NCBI GenBank assembly: GCA_949358305.1
Contig: OX442314.1
Coordinates: 18,414,001-18,478,000 of the forward strand
Reading direction: 5' to 3'
Source: Strigamia acuminata
Lineage: Eukaryota
DNA: 64,000 nucleotides
Below are positions 55,501 through 64,000 of the stretch, in pieces (position 1 is the stretch's first letter; every line of letters starts with the position of its first letter). The translations under genes were made by a program, and so were the position numbers. The notes beneath the pieces were generated by a model. The model had not been told where the DNA came from and made no database searches. It worked only from the letters and a program-made list of their open reading frames with translations.

Positions 55501-58500
55501 AGGCCCGGAAGGATGAAGTTATGCGAAAGCTACAAGAAGAGCAGGCCTGGTGGGCCGATCGACATAAACATTACGATTTAGCAGATCTCGCCAGTTCACA
55601 ATACGAGATGCACATTCTGGGAATGGCCGGACATTTCGGCCACGCTCGTGCCCGATTCCGTGACTGGGAACGTCAAAGAGACGCATATCACGACCAAGAA
55701 CGCAATGATAAGCGAGAGCGGTCAAATTCAGTTGCATCAAACGAACCACGTGCCAAGATGACCTGTGGCAATCACCACAATACGGCTTCAAGAGCCGTTG
55801 ATAATGTTTTGGAAGCCAGAGTTTCACGATGGGACGCGGCTTGCAGATACCCTGGAGGAGTGGATCCGTACGCCGCTCGCCCAGGAACCAGACCAGATTT
55901 GCTTCGTGCCAACGGCCGACTCAAGCATCGTGCAGGCCGACAAAACCGTGAAAAGTTGGAGCGCGAACGCTTGGCCCTGATGCCACCACCGCCCAAGGAC
56001 GACGAATTGCCTGGCCGATGGGATCGCGAAGTCGAAGAGCATTCCATGCAAGTCACCCTTCGCAAGAAAGCAGCGTTGGAGCAACAGCAAGCCGATTGGG
56101 ATGCTTGTTTCCAATCGCCTGATGCAGAAGAACCAACGATAGGATCTAATGAGACTTTGATGTTAAACACGCCAACGTCAGTGTCCGCCTTGGAGGGAGG
56201 AAGTTCCGCGGAAGTCCACATCGTAGACCGAAGCTACAGAATTTCGCCCCCAACAATGGCCGACAACACGGCCTGTGAATGGAAAAGCCTTCCAAACACA
56301 CAAAATTCGAATGACCAGGCGAACCACCGGCCAATCGAAGGGCCGATTCCTGTAGAGTGTAGAGAATACATGGATTCGATAAACCCAGACCCGAGTCTTC
56401 CAGAGCCTCGATTGCCCACGAGAAAATTCGGATGCACGGGCGGCCCGTGGTAACGCCATCATGACACTTCCAGAGCACATTCCCTTTTGTCCAGTTTCAG
56501 CAGTGAAATTTTATTTAAAATCCACTTCTAATATTTGTGGAGAAAATAAACCTTTCTTTCTTGCCTTTTCTCAGCCTTTTGATCTGGTAATGGCTAACAC
56601 CATCTCTAGATGGATAAAAACGGTTCTTTCCAATTTCGGCATCAATACTTCTGTATTCAAGGCTCACTCCACTCGGGCCGCATCTACTTCCTTTACCTTT
56701 TCGAGAGGAGTCGGCCTTTCCGATATCCTAAAATCAGCAGACTGGTCTTCTGCTCGAGTTTAATTTAATCATTACAATAAGCTCTTTGATTTACCTACTG
56801 TCGAATTTGCTATCACTGTTTTAAGTGGCTACGAAATGCCATAAATAACATCATTTATTTGTTGATGTTATACAAATGCAAATTTTACGAAGATATGACG
56901 TAAAATATAAATTTTATGAATAACAAATAAATGATGTTACTCTCCCACCATTTTTTGGGACCCATCACCCTGTAACATTGATATTTGTTATTGTGATTGT
57001 CTAAATAAATAATTTCGTATATTTAATCAAAAAATAATTTTATATTTCTCCAGCTTGTTGCGATCTCAAATGTTCACTTCATTTGTGGAGAGGTTTTTCT
57101 ACCACGTTTTTAAGACATTATTTATATTTTAACCGTAATCATTAGAATTGTGTTTTTTGCCGTGCACCTGTTGCGCTTTTGGGCAATTGTCCCAGAAGCT
57201 GTAACGGCTGCCCTGGCATTTTGAGCCCTGGATTGGGGCGTTGCTAAGACAATCCCCAAATTTTGCACCGTTGCTAGGGCTGAAGCGTGCCTTGGCACAC
57301 GCCACGCCTGCGCACTGGCCGTTTTCCGGCCATATTCCGGGTAATAATTCGAATTATTACTCACTCTTTGCATCACACTCATACCGTTCACACCGACACA
57401 GCTTTGTTCACAACCAAAAACACTGTTTTGTCCGTGACTCGTGAGTTTTGCCAAGTTTCAACTCGATTTGTTTGAACCAACGTTCAAACGAATCACTTTC
57501 CGAGCCGCGAAGACGACGCACGACGGCCCAAACCACCGTCGTTCCCGCCGCCGCCCGAAGACCAACGCGCCCACGCCGTTGAAGATCGACGCCAGCCAGC
57601 CGCCGAGGATTGCAGAGCCATCGTCGCCGCTCCTCGACCTGTTGACGACGATTCCGATTCAGATTGCAGCGGATCTCCAGTCAGGTTTTAACGATCGGCG
57701 GTACCCGCCGCTTGACTACTTGTCTCCAACGGAAATCTCCCGTTGCAATCTAGGGTTTAACCCAAGATTTCCCGTCTTGTCAGGCTTAACAGCCGACACT
57801 CTTTGTGAAGTCTTTCGGCTTCACACTTCCTTTCTCACTTCGCAGAATTTGCGCGGCGACGGGTCGCCATTTCTGCACTGCTTTTTCCCGCCCGAAGGAG
57901 TCCCGCGCTGCTTCGAACACGTCGCCTTCTACGCCGACGATCTTATCCTCATAGAACCCATCTTATTAACATTCTCTTCAATAGAACCTGTACTTAACGC
58001 TCAATAAATTGATTAACTGTTTGATTTAAAATAACTAAATTAGCCCTTATTCGAGATCAAATCCCTAGACACCGACTTAACGGCTAACCCACCCGATAGA
58101 AGACCTATAAACGGCATTCAACTGCTTCCACAGGTGAACGCCGGGATCTCTTGCAATTGGAAAAATCCCATAGTGACTAAATATAAATTTAGTGTTGTTG
58201 AGAAAAGTCAATTGGAACCATCAGGAACGCAACAAGCTGGAAAGTAAAAACTGCAGAATAAAGGACTCATTCGTTGTAATTCTCGTTGTAATGTAGCCTT
58301 TATCTGAATAAAGTATTATATTAAAATAATTACATTTTATGTTTAACAAGTTTATTTAAATAGTCTGATTATTTTAAAAATTGGACTTGTTAGCCAGAGA
58401 CCGGATGCCCGTCCTAGGGCGCGCCCCTAGCGGAACTTTTTTTAAAAGTACCGAATTATCTTGGGACAAGCCATAAATAACATCATTTATTTGTTGTTCA

Positions 58501-61500
58501 TACAATTTATATTTTACGTAAAATATTCGTAAAATTTTCAATTTTTTACTCTTTTCAAACTCAATGTCAATAGGAGTTTTTTATTTTTAGATAAAGAAAA
58601 TGTTAGTGCTGCAGTTTCATTTTCCATGAATCTCATGGCTACATGCTACTTGTATTGAATTTTGTTCGTAACCATGGAAATTAATTTCGTTTAGTGGTTT
58701 TTTTTCATATTGCTTTGTGTACTGATGCTGAAGTTCAATGATAGAAAAGAAATGAAGTGGAGGAGAAGATTGGGCAAATATTTGGTTTGTGGTGTGTATA
58801 TTTGCCACCACTGCTTCTTGTAACCGTGTGATTTTCAAGATGGGTAGAAGGCGTCAAGTGCTTAGAAGGAGAGCTACAGAGAGAAAAAAAATTGAAGAGA
58901 AAATTGACGCTTTAAAGCAATATCTGGTTGAATTTTCTCATAATTTTGTACTTCACTGAGGGAACAATTGTTATTGGTTTTCTGGAGCCACTATGCATCA
59001 TTATAATGCACTACCATCTGTTTCAGCTCTTGTCCTTGCAGTTATAATTGGATGTGGCAGTCGAGTTCAAGAGCTTACAACACTAATAGTCCAGGAAAAC
59101 ATTTTAAATTATTAAGATTTAGAAATCTGTTGAAAGTAACATTGTTCGGTGCATTAAAGGATTTTTTTTTTCGTAATTAAAATAATTTGGAGCGATGAAT
59201 AGGGGAATTAATAAATGCGCTGATGGAATTTCGATTTGACTTGGCACTTTGCATTGAAACCGTTAAATTAAAGATGAAATATGGAAAATTTTATATTTTT
59301 TAATTTTAGATTCTCTGTCTTTTGTTAGGGTTATTGGAATAGTTGGAAAGCTGATTAAAAATCTGTGTTATGAGACAAGCAAATTGAATTGAGAATGAGT
59401 TACTTGCATATTTCATACACGGCAAAGTCAAGAGGTTGATGATTAAGATGATAGAGTTTCCGTGGTAACGAGTGCATAAAGAAAATTGAAAAGATACTTT
59501 ATCTTGGAGACTTTTTTAAATTTTTTTTTTTTTTTTATTTGAGTGAAAATAAAAAAGACGAAAAACCTAGTTTGTGAATTCAAGTGGAAGGATGTCAACA
59601 AAAAACACTCTTCCATCAACATTGAAAGTAAAAGTTTTGTGAATTCTGTACTTTGTGTCTGGGTTCCTGTGGCCGGATTCTGTTGACTAAAAAAATCTTC
59701 TTCTTCAACAACATCAATAACTAAGGATAAACTGACACTTATCGCAGTGCGACGTTAAAATATAATAGTTTACTCGTGATTCGTGATTCGGGAAAAATGT
59801 AAAAATAGCTGATAAAACTCATCGTAAATTAATAATTAAAACCTCGTTATTCATCGTTGAATTTTGCTCGTGTCGCAAATTCTAATGTGTGACTCGACAA
59901 GAAATGGAACACATTTTCTTAATTACACAGTGATTAATTAGTAATTACTAATGGTAATATTTGCCAGTGAATGCGGGTAATAAAACATAGAAATGACTTG
60001 ATGAAAACGGGAAGTTGGGATTCGGAAACGATAATAATTCTGTGGAAACGGAACATGATTCACTGGGAGGCATTTTTACGAGTTCGCCATTTTGTAAGCG
60101 CAACGGATGTGTGGAAACAATCAAGGAGTTCACTTCCTGAAGCTATCTGGGATGTCTTTTGTGGTCGCGAACGTGTAAAATCTGCAACGAATTGCCAGGG
60201 AATTAACATTAGTTTGGTAATTTTGAGTTTCTCGACGAAAAAAGTACAAGATAGTAGTTAGCATTAAGTGCCTAAACCTTCATTTTAAAATGTTTAAAAT
60301 ATTAAAAAAGAAACCATTAAAAATGGAGTAATTTAGATTCATCGATAGAGCGAAACACTTTACTGGTACAGCTTTAATTTTGTTGTTTAGATGTTTGTAA
60401 TTGCTCGCAGTTGTCCGCTTTCACCGTAATATTTTAGGTTTTATTATGATTTAATTGACGCACATTAGGATTTTTACATTTTCTGCACGGTGTAACTTCA
60501 ATCAGATTAAATTGCTGTAAAGTATTCTAACAATTTTGTATTAAATTTGTGGGAAATGATTTTTTTTCTTGTGGTTTGAAGCACTTTAAACAGGCTACAC
60601 AGTAGGTGGACACATGAATTGAGTAACGAATAATTAAATTGCGCAAATTGTTATTATTTTACAAATATCTTTTGTTTTTTTTTATTACTGAGAAATTCTT
60701 TAAGTTTTTATCTTTGATTTTGAATAAAATACTTTTTTTTGGTAAAGTTGTAGCACCTTTGGCATTTCAGCTATATTTCACTATGACAAATGCCATATTA
60801 AAATGAATTGCGGCGATATAAAATAGCTAGAAGCAAAGTTTCTTTTGCCAGATCGCCTAAATTATTTTAAAGGGTATGTTTAAAGGAGTAATGATTTGAA
60901 TACAAGATGTATAAATTCTATTCATCAGAATATAATAACTAAATTATTCATTTGTTGTTTGACTTCAGGCCCAAAAGTGGATCGATGTTGTTGTACAGTC
61001 GGAAAAAAGTGCGATATCGGCGCGACGGATATTGCTGGAAAAAGAGAAAAGACGGCAAAACAACGCGCGAGGATCATATGAAGCTCAAAGTACAGGGCAC
61101 GGAGGTGAGAAACAATTGCATTATTATAATATTAAATTTATATTTATATTCTGTATTACCTTGGAAAAACATCGAATTTCTCCATTGTATATCATTTCGA
61201 AAAATGGATTTTTTATTTTCCTTCAAAAAATGAATTTATCATTTCACTTTTTTGTTGTTATTTCGACGAGAAGATAAATTTTATTTGTTTTGAAGTGCAG
61301 CAAAGCTCTAAGGGGCAAAAGATAAACAATGCTGAAAAATGTCCAGATATCCTGGCCATGATTAAAAATTTGACACGAGATTTATTCCATTGGGTAAAAT
61401 TACAATTTATCTTTCTTTGCCACAGTGCAAAAATAATATGAAAAGATATTACTTTAATGTGAATATATTTTCTTTCTTTCTTTGAAAGTTTCATTAAAAT

Positions 61501-64000
61501 TACACGGTTTGCTTTGTGGGAACGTGTGGATTATTTCGAGAACACAGTTTTACAATTACTCTTTTTTTTTTGCGTTGACGAGACATCCAAATTCGCTTTG
61601 AATTCGGGAACAGAGCCGATAATTAGACGATGCTGGTGTACCTTTACATTGACGCGTTTTATTGATCGGAAAGTGTGAAGTTAAAGTGGATTTTCGCATG
61701 TGCCGAATAAATTAAATGCATTCTTTTTTTGTTATGAGGTTTCATTTAATTTTTATTTGCTCGTGTAAAAGCATCCAGGTAGATTCGTTCAAGGTTATAT
61801 TAAAGCGTATCAACACTGAGGTGTGGCAGGTTTTAAATGGAATTAAAAATTGTTCGACGGGTTTCTTAATTTGATGTTATTTCATTGTCGTTTTTTGTTT
61901 TTAGTGCATTTATGGATGCTATGTCCACTCAGCCATTCTTCCTACGTTCCACAGACGCTGTTATTGGCTACTTCAGGTGGGTTTTATTATCCGTTACGAA
62001 TGTGATTGAAATCGTTGTGAAAGAGGAATACAAATAAAATATGAAATGTTTATTGCAATTTTTATATATTTTATGTTGCAGTTCTGAGTTTCTTTTTATT
62101 TTTATAGTCTAATACGTTTGACGAAAAACGTCGAATTCTGACAGATACTTATTCTATTATCTGCGAAAAAGTCTTTTTGTATTCATCTTTTTATTTATTT
62201 TGTTTCGCTTGAAATTTTTTGATTTGGGGGGAAAAAATTGCGCCATTTTCTTTCTTGGATGAAATCCGTCTATCTTCTTTTTTTGTTGGACAACTGCCAG
62301 TTACACTAATCATGTGGCGGTGGTTCCAAGTACTCTTACAAGGGCTGCGCCTCTGTTTACTTTAAAGTGTGCAATGGGGATTCAGTGATTATATGTACAT
62401 CTCGAAAGCCTAGCCAGGCGTTTTTAAATTTATAAATCAAATGAAATTAGTAGCTAGCTGCTTGAAAAATAGGTTTTTTTTGTGTGCGCGCATGTGCGGC
62501 TTTAAAGTTCTTTTATTTTTTAGAAGGCGAGTTCGAAATAATAATTTAAAAAAATAATAATAATAAGTAAAAACACTAAAACCATTTCCAGTGTTGATTT
62601 TTTTTTCTTTTGTAAATGTTAGATGGTTTTAAGCGAGGGAAGTAGGCGAGGCGCAGCATTGAAACATTTGTTGATTTTTTTTTTTTACAGAAGAGAACTT
62701 TACATTTAAAGAAACGAACCTCGAGAAACGTGAAAATATTTCTATTTTCGAATGCACCGTGTGTTTTATTGAATTGTAGGCCTACTTCGTAGTTTATTTT
62801 CAAAATACAGTATGTGCAAAAAGATAGGAATGGCCAAATCATAAGTCATTTATTTTATGATAAAAGAGTAGTTCTGTTTTAAAAAAATGGAAAAGTATGG
62901 TTTTGATAGGTGCTGTTCAATCTGTGTGTCGAAAAAAGGATTCTTTATGTATCTTCCAGCTGACAAAAAGAGTCAAATTGAATTTTTTCTTGTGAGTGAT
63001 AGATTTGTATCAAAATCTCAGAATTGCATTTAATGTTTAAGTGAAACAAAGTATTTTGTTTAGTTTTACATTCGTTTTGTCACTCTAGTTCCCTTTTCGC
63101 ACTCACAACAGGCAATACTTAACGTATCTGTCTGCATTTTAAGCACTGTTACGAGGTAACAAAACGTAATTGCTTAGCTAAGTGGATATTTTATGTTTGG
63201 AAAAGTTTGAATTTACCCTCTTTATTATTCCCATTGGTACATGGAGATGGAGAATAAATTGAAAAATCGAAGAATGCAATAAAGATGTCGGGGATTAGGG
63301 TTGAAGCACAAGTAAAATTTATGAAAGTGTTAGACTTAGGTCGATTGCTGCTTTTTGTCGTGTGGCATGGGCAAATTTTCTCAGCTGCTCGTATATTTTA
63401 TCAAATTTTTGACGTTTCCGGCGTTTCAGTAAACCGCATGATTGAAAATATTCCAGAATAAAGATGACATCTCAGTTTTGAAAGTTGCGTCACAAAGGTT
63501 TGATATAAATATTGTTATATTTTTTTAGAACCCTGACATTGTACTTGTACATTACCTCAATGTACCGTACAGCGATGACAATAAACTGGTTATTGCACCT
63601 AGCCTCAGTTTCTGTGGGGACAAGAAAGAGTGGACCAAAGAAGAACTTATTTCTCAACTTAAACCAATGTGTAAGTAAAAGATAAGTACTCAGTAGACAG
63701 TTTAGCACTTTAATATCTAGTGATTTCTTTAGTTTTCAGTGAAAATGAACCTGATCTCAACAACGAACTGGAAATATCGGTAAAGTTTGTACTATATTGT
63801 GTATTGCGTGTTTCGAATTGTACATGTAACGAGTTTGTGTAGACGGCGGAAACTGTAGAGGCAATCGTACAGCAATTGATGGAGAAGCAGCGCGTCCGCA
63901 ACCAGGTGAAAACGCACGAATGTCCTTGCGACAACCAGGGTGCTAAAAACAGCATACAGTGCGACAGCAAAAAGTGCAATCACACGTTGCATCGGATCAT
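43597..64000 (+). CDS. CAMTA: Calmodulin-binding transcription activator, CG-1 domain exons: 43597-43703, 43908-43975, 60969-61104, 61905-61976, 63529-63670, 63733-63779, 63843 onward; continues beyond window
   Basis: Spliced product QRHRWNTNEEIAAILICFEKHVDWLSKEVKIRPKSGSMLLYSRKKVRYRRDGYCWKKRKDGKTTREDHMKLKVQGTECIYGCYVHSAILPTFHRRCYWLLQNPDIVLVHYLNVP is a canonical CG-1 domain; all junctions are GT-AG and in frame. Confidence 0.96.
45391..45780 (+). pseudogene. DIRS-type tyrosine recombinase C-terminal fragment
   Basis: CPVSAVKFYL, TISRWIK, FKAHSTRAASTS (HxxR), ILKSADWSS; an in-frame TAA precedes FNHYNK, which carries the expected catalytic Tyr; N-terminal part absent. Confidence 0.85.
45461..46072 (+). 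repeat. 612-bp DIRS-derived segment, copy 1 (duplicated at 56444-57055)
   Basis: Direct repeat at offset 10983, the same offset as the LTRs; no differences seen by eye. Confidence 0.92.
46073..47251 (+). repeat. 5' LTR (1179 bp)
   Basis: 7-bp terminal inverted repeat, AATAAA at 47020, PBS 2 nt downstream. Confidence 0.93.
47254..47271 (+). other. Primer-binding site for tRNA-Pro
   Basis: TGGGGGCCCGTCCGGGAT differs at one position from the classical tRNA-Pro PBS TGGGGGCTCGTCCGGGAT. Confidence 0.88.
47343..49946 (+). CDS. gag: Gag polyprotein, 867 aa
   Basis: First ORF after the PBS; capsid-like segment (RAENWF...WNQFVEAFMREY...LAQSAGEDIRSY); CCHC knuckle CHRCGKLGHWSNQC. Confidence 0.92.
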   Translation: MSNSEGEIPIDDEGVQTRTKTGAKRRRSGRPRTARNSLTAQHVAETIDAVAAESATTKEVGTGGEEREEAISAGPTNWGDSSMDLDNIEIPDTQPVGYKELLDRAILQGVQVTDQMTIMEIYEAMSAHERKRLVDHMNEQMAAVTRKMNSASQAKEAAEKSNQALREINAQYRHSEEKLKKQSDELERQRMEFDARKKHLSKKETEVFKREQEIAWDSIKQQESSNEELRRQMAAADKKAQETEDELRRAKLLKEQEEFEEEQERIRVAEFASQQKGPAAKVKKKVVRLEDSATDDSSQTSSEDERQSRKRRCSDAEGPTSKKNGASDAEIFTNSDKLMTMMDERNRMKIQNDSHRPNDNYDQSGSRSASPDPEDRDKGDERQKYDNVPPPRGSKDESLSEGEKSTRSETRKERKSRSRTKSRRSRSSDERYYTAEQIDAMFQKQAQSASRTTRLAELRKFDLKRKIAKYTTDKWRHKIADVKTIRWDRLVPDRFNGEFQMGSTFLEEITRMARLNGITPQDTLEKLVPKSLVARAENWFVEREFVHWNQFVEAFMREYAEPTEDIYQLWDNLAQSAGEDIRSYLRRTEDLLSSLPTPSTDHDVDRKFRKAMTPYSRSILQNVDAPPVGSFKELSQFLRDNDLRIEEKYNEYLTPEETAAIKKRQLRIKEYVKEARLGQTPLMQPRDRGDYFAEKTDKTTSAGPPNPHKLPKNSRAYANLALSEDSTDVVEDDDPGLDPLVENAIVLLAKHVTENKFRPKMVGKNVTFNTANLNTDARSKSPLPLPIKPEVIPDTEKESATDKKAVEPRSKSPTSGNGPRRKSPETDPCHRCGKLGHWSNQCPDRSPVAAEIEGLVSKLGELLRKNL
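49934..49990 (+). other. -1 programmed ribosomal frameshift signal: A AAA AAC plus predicted pseudoknot
   Basis: Heptamer 49934-49940 is in the gag frame; pol is in the -1 frame with no early ATG; 49947-49956 pairs with 49973-49982 and 49957-49963 with 49984-49990. Confidence 0.85.
49943..54370 (+). CDS. pol: Pol polyprotein (protease, RT, RNase H, integrase)
   Basis: LLDSGA; RLCVDYR, IDLTKGYWQ, MAFGLKNAP, YLDD; HTDAS, TELECLAVVWAL, TDH; HHCC zinc finger; ADLMGP, SDNGSQF, VER; GPF motif. Confidence 0.97.
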   Translation: MSAGLAANTLKLAPVASETIKEIDADVCPKIEVTHDYREPLDKNYLDYWDSVDKKHLMVAQFKPCDLKFPKVDLTKLNEVLAEKTADKRYFQYHVRKALQCYPKPSKNWMDKLWEKFRPKSREVDEIEEMTRAMEKVVLSYNDEMDELPIDYPALEHRIRRVTCNLNMEDFTGIPKIQLQTMKGPITGLLDSGANRSFMAASVMENLKLEKELQYISPSLCIGTAGKDIQPVGTLLLSFRWTHGVLVHPFIVIEHRFPMILLGNDFMKRLSIQPNPKTLSWNFITPLTETLPYIPQSVLDRYKTKIEELPPDNATFVCHEGILAGAATLKMGDDITKMVNDANLTLEQGLSLAEVLKRRQRILSRVPGRTHIVQHDIKLTTDKPIRVPFKSYNPQKREIIRQICQDMVDKGIAVPATGDYAMRIVLVVKPGAEPRLCVDYRPLNEHTEYDPPQMPTIEEILREIGSFEWVTTIDLTKGYWQIGLTPSAQPKTAFWSPIGRLMFLVMAFGLKNAPTSFQRLIEKVLDEMYRRQAWAYLDDIITVSKTYEEHLINVDKILGKLEQANLCVNPDKSKFCRKELIFLGYKLGTGGLAVDPKKLDAITKFPTPTNLKELQRFLGMVNFFHRLLKNLSVMAEPLRPLLKKDMDFNWHPSHQEAFEKIKKALTDSGTMAMPDLYRPFVIHTDASRQGLGAALMQIQPERGGQEELPCVYSSRSLQPAEVNYTATELECLAVVWALRKYRPYIEFTKFTVQTDHQALKWLMSLEEPAGRLARWQLELMAYTFEIQYIKGPLNVLADALSRAPVCTPEEDNVDGEDDDLLAYCPSPYRHWKLGGPNQLPTSEVVEDERIINFWSHAYDPPDIESDEKIHLMMTQEFEFPSSNVLVHAFAANVVKKLECEPPTREEIIVGQKQDKECQKIRNFLLNGCYPPELKHAMSKRRFKRKASAYLIEEDLLLKFHPTLTDELGENGRALKVVVPENLVYRVIWTAHGHPLSGHSGITRTMYRARRIYAWPTMKRDITRFIKHCQRCQACKPRQKLEIEAAQMGPYAPFDCLSADLMGPKPKTPRGNTHILVIIDVATKWPEMRPMSKPTSAKIADCIYNLSLQFGFPRKILSDNGSQFRSQVYQKFCEKFKMLPAYTSPYHPQANPVERTNRDIKYLIALYTDVHTRWDEYLREFAFSLRTTVAAGREFSPAYLNFGRELRVPWDPRLPDEVLVVDPKNPHVYIHQLEKVLASTYQHMMSHVFDLQKRVQDHQSEKKFDNFKVNDLVWKNSHVLSSAVKGISAGIADRRTGPFAIIRAHQGNAFELKRLEDNVKFPSIHASELTPYFPQFTQEIWRRGEVVGQPTENKINTLFEDEVKTLPSLPNSDDEVEHVAISFENIQIAQDDLQTTLEPATKPKKAKRRSMLHPVVPKNSDGDKNTEKTAKKYNMRSRKSPKQRVTSRFCAERGRQDSTLVSDGDIMMSHHSKNSN
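54584..54853 (+). CDS. Accessory ORF3 of the Gypsy element (acidic N-terminus, coiled-coil-like C-terminus), function unknown
   Basis: Open frame from 54539; ATG at 54584 in good context (ATCATGG) immediately after an acceptor-like cattcacag. Confidence 0.5.
   Translation: MAEGGEGPPNIDSDSEPERNLVMNPPDEMLNEDFDLQNQVNIAIEKIKKAVEMLKSADKRIYNQARRTLEKYRKFVKTESDRVESILNE
55134..56453 (+). CDS. Accessory ORF4 of the Gypsy element, 439 aa, function unknown, probably 3'-truncated
   Basis: Long open frame in the env position without an evident signal peptide or TM helix; its stop codon lies inside the duplicated DIRS segment. Confidence 0.65.
   Translation: MAINQPYALPDYVPMVTGIFRGELSAEVRRLRQLGQTWEDVRQEFSNAIAAHWGCRCRICGRLMVADPVSWNLRIDPPSPLRSRLLFGWLFPTPEEDTDFYGFFRIAHAKRNDYLDAIWEKLQARKDEVMRKLQEEQAWWADRHKHYDLADLASSQYEMHILGMAGHFGHARARFRDWERQRDAYHDQERNDKRERSNSVASNEPRAKMTCGNHHNTASRAVDNVLEARVSRWDAACRYPGGVDPYAARPGTRPDLLRANGRLKHRAGRQNREKLERERLALMPPPPKDDELPGRWDREVEEHSMQVTLRKKAALEQQQADWDACFQSPDAEEPTIGSNETLMLNTPTSVSALEGGSSAEVHIVDRSYRISPPTMADNTACEWKSLPNTQNSNDQANHRPIEGPIPVECREYMDSINPDPSLPEPRLPTRKFGCTGGPW
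56444..57055 (+). repeat. 612-bp DIRS-derived segment, copy 2 (YR fragment 56461-56763, ICR 56838-56939)
   Basis: Matches 45461-46072 and ends in AGCT directly before the 3' LTR. Confidence 0.92.
57056..58234 (+). repeat. 3' LTR (1179 bp)
   Basis: Apparently identical to the 5' LTR (same ORF translations at offset 10983); followed by AGCT. Confidence 0.93.

Larger units (their letters stand above)
46073..58234 (+). mobile_element. Ty3/Gypsy LTR retrotransposon, ~12.2 kb, gag and pol uninterrupted
   Basis: LTRs TGTTGCG...CGCAACA; AGCT at 46069-46072 and 58235-58238; PBS; pol order PR-RT-RH-INT. Confidence 0.96.
45157..58543 (+). mobile_element. Internally deleted (~1.2 kb net) DIRS1-like tyrosine-recombinase retroelement, interrupted by the Gypsy insertion
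   Basis: Left ITR ~45157-45270 is inverted against right ITR ~58376-58543. ICR at 45855-45956 is complementary to both outer termini, with a YR C-terminal fragment just upstream. This is the DIRS1 layout. Termini are accurate to a few bp. Confidence 0.85.

Noticed and set aside
55134..56453. env gene
   Set aside because: No evident signal peptide or transmembrane helix, although a lost C-terminus cannot be excluded.
47454..56480. Antisense and alternate-frame ORFs overlapping gag, pol and ORF4
   Set aside because: Expected shadows of long GC-richer coding frames; no motifs.

Overview
AT-rich animal genomic DNA with spliceosomal introns of about 55-80 bp; probably an invertebrate, likely an arthropod, but the species cannot be determined. 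Bases 1-17.6 kb form a dense gene block: the 3' end of SLC35E2, two tRNA-Gly(TCC) genes, DCLRE1B/Apollo, ACAP, a head-to-head MRPL20/MRPL51 pair, FAM149, ALDH4A1 and DNAJC11. From about 18 kb to the end, the window holds the 5' part of a large CAMTA gene whose introns contain many MITEs, a 5S-derived fragment and a minimal hammerhead motif. The most unusual object lies in a CAMTA intron (45.2-58.5 kb). It is a miniature DIRS1-type tyrosine-recombinase retroelement with ITRs, an ICR and a broken YR tail. A young Ty3/Gypsy element is inserted in it, with 1179-bp LTRs, an AGCT TSD, a tRNA-Pro PBS, a -1 frameshift with a predicted pseudoknot, and two non-env accessory ORFs. A 612-bp piece of the DIRS flank, including the YR tail and ICR, is duplicated in front of the 3' LTR where the polypurine tract should be. 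All calls were made by eye, without database searches.
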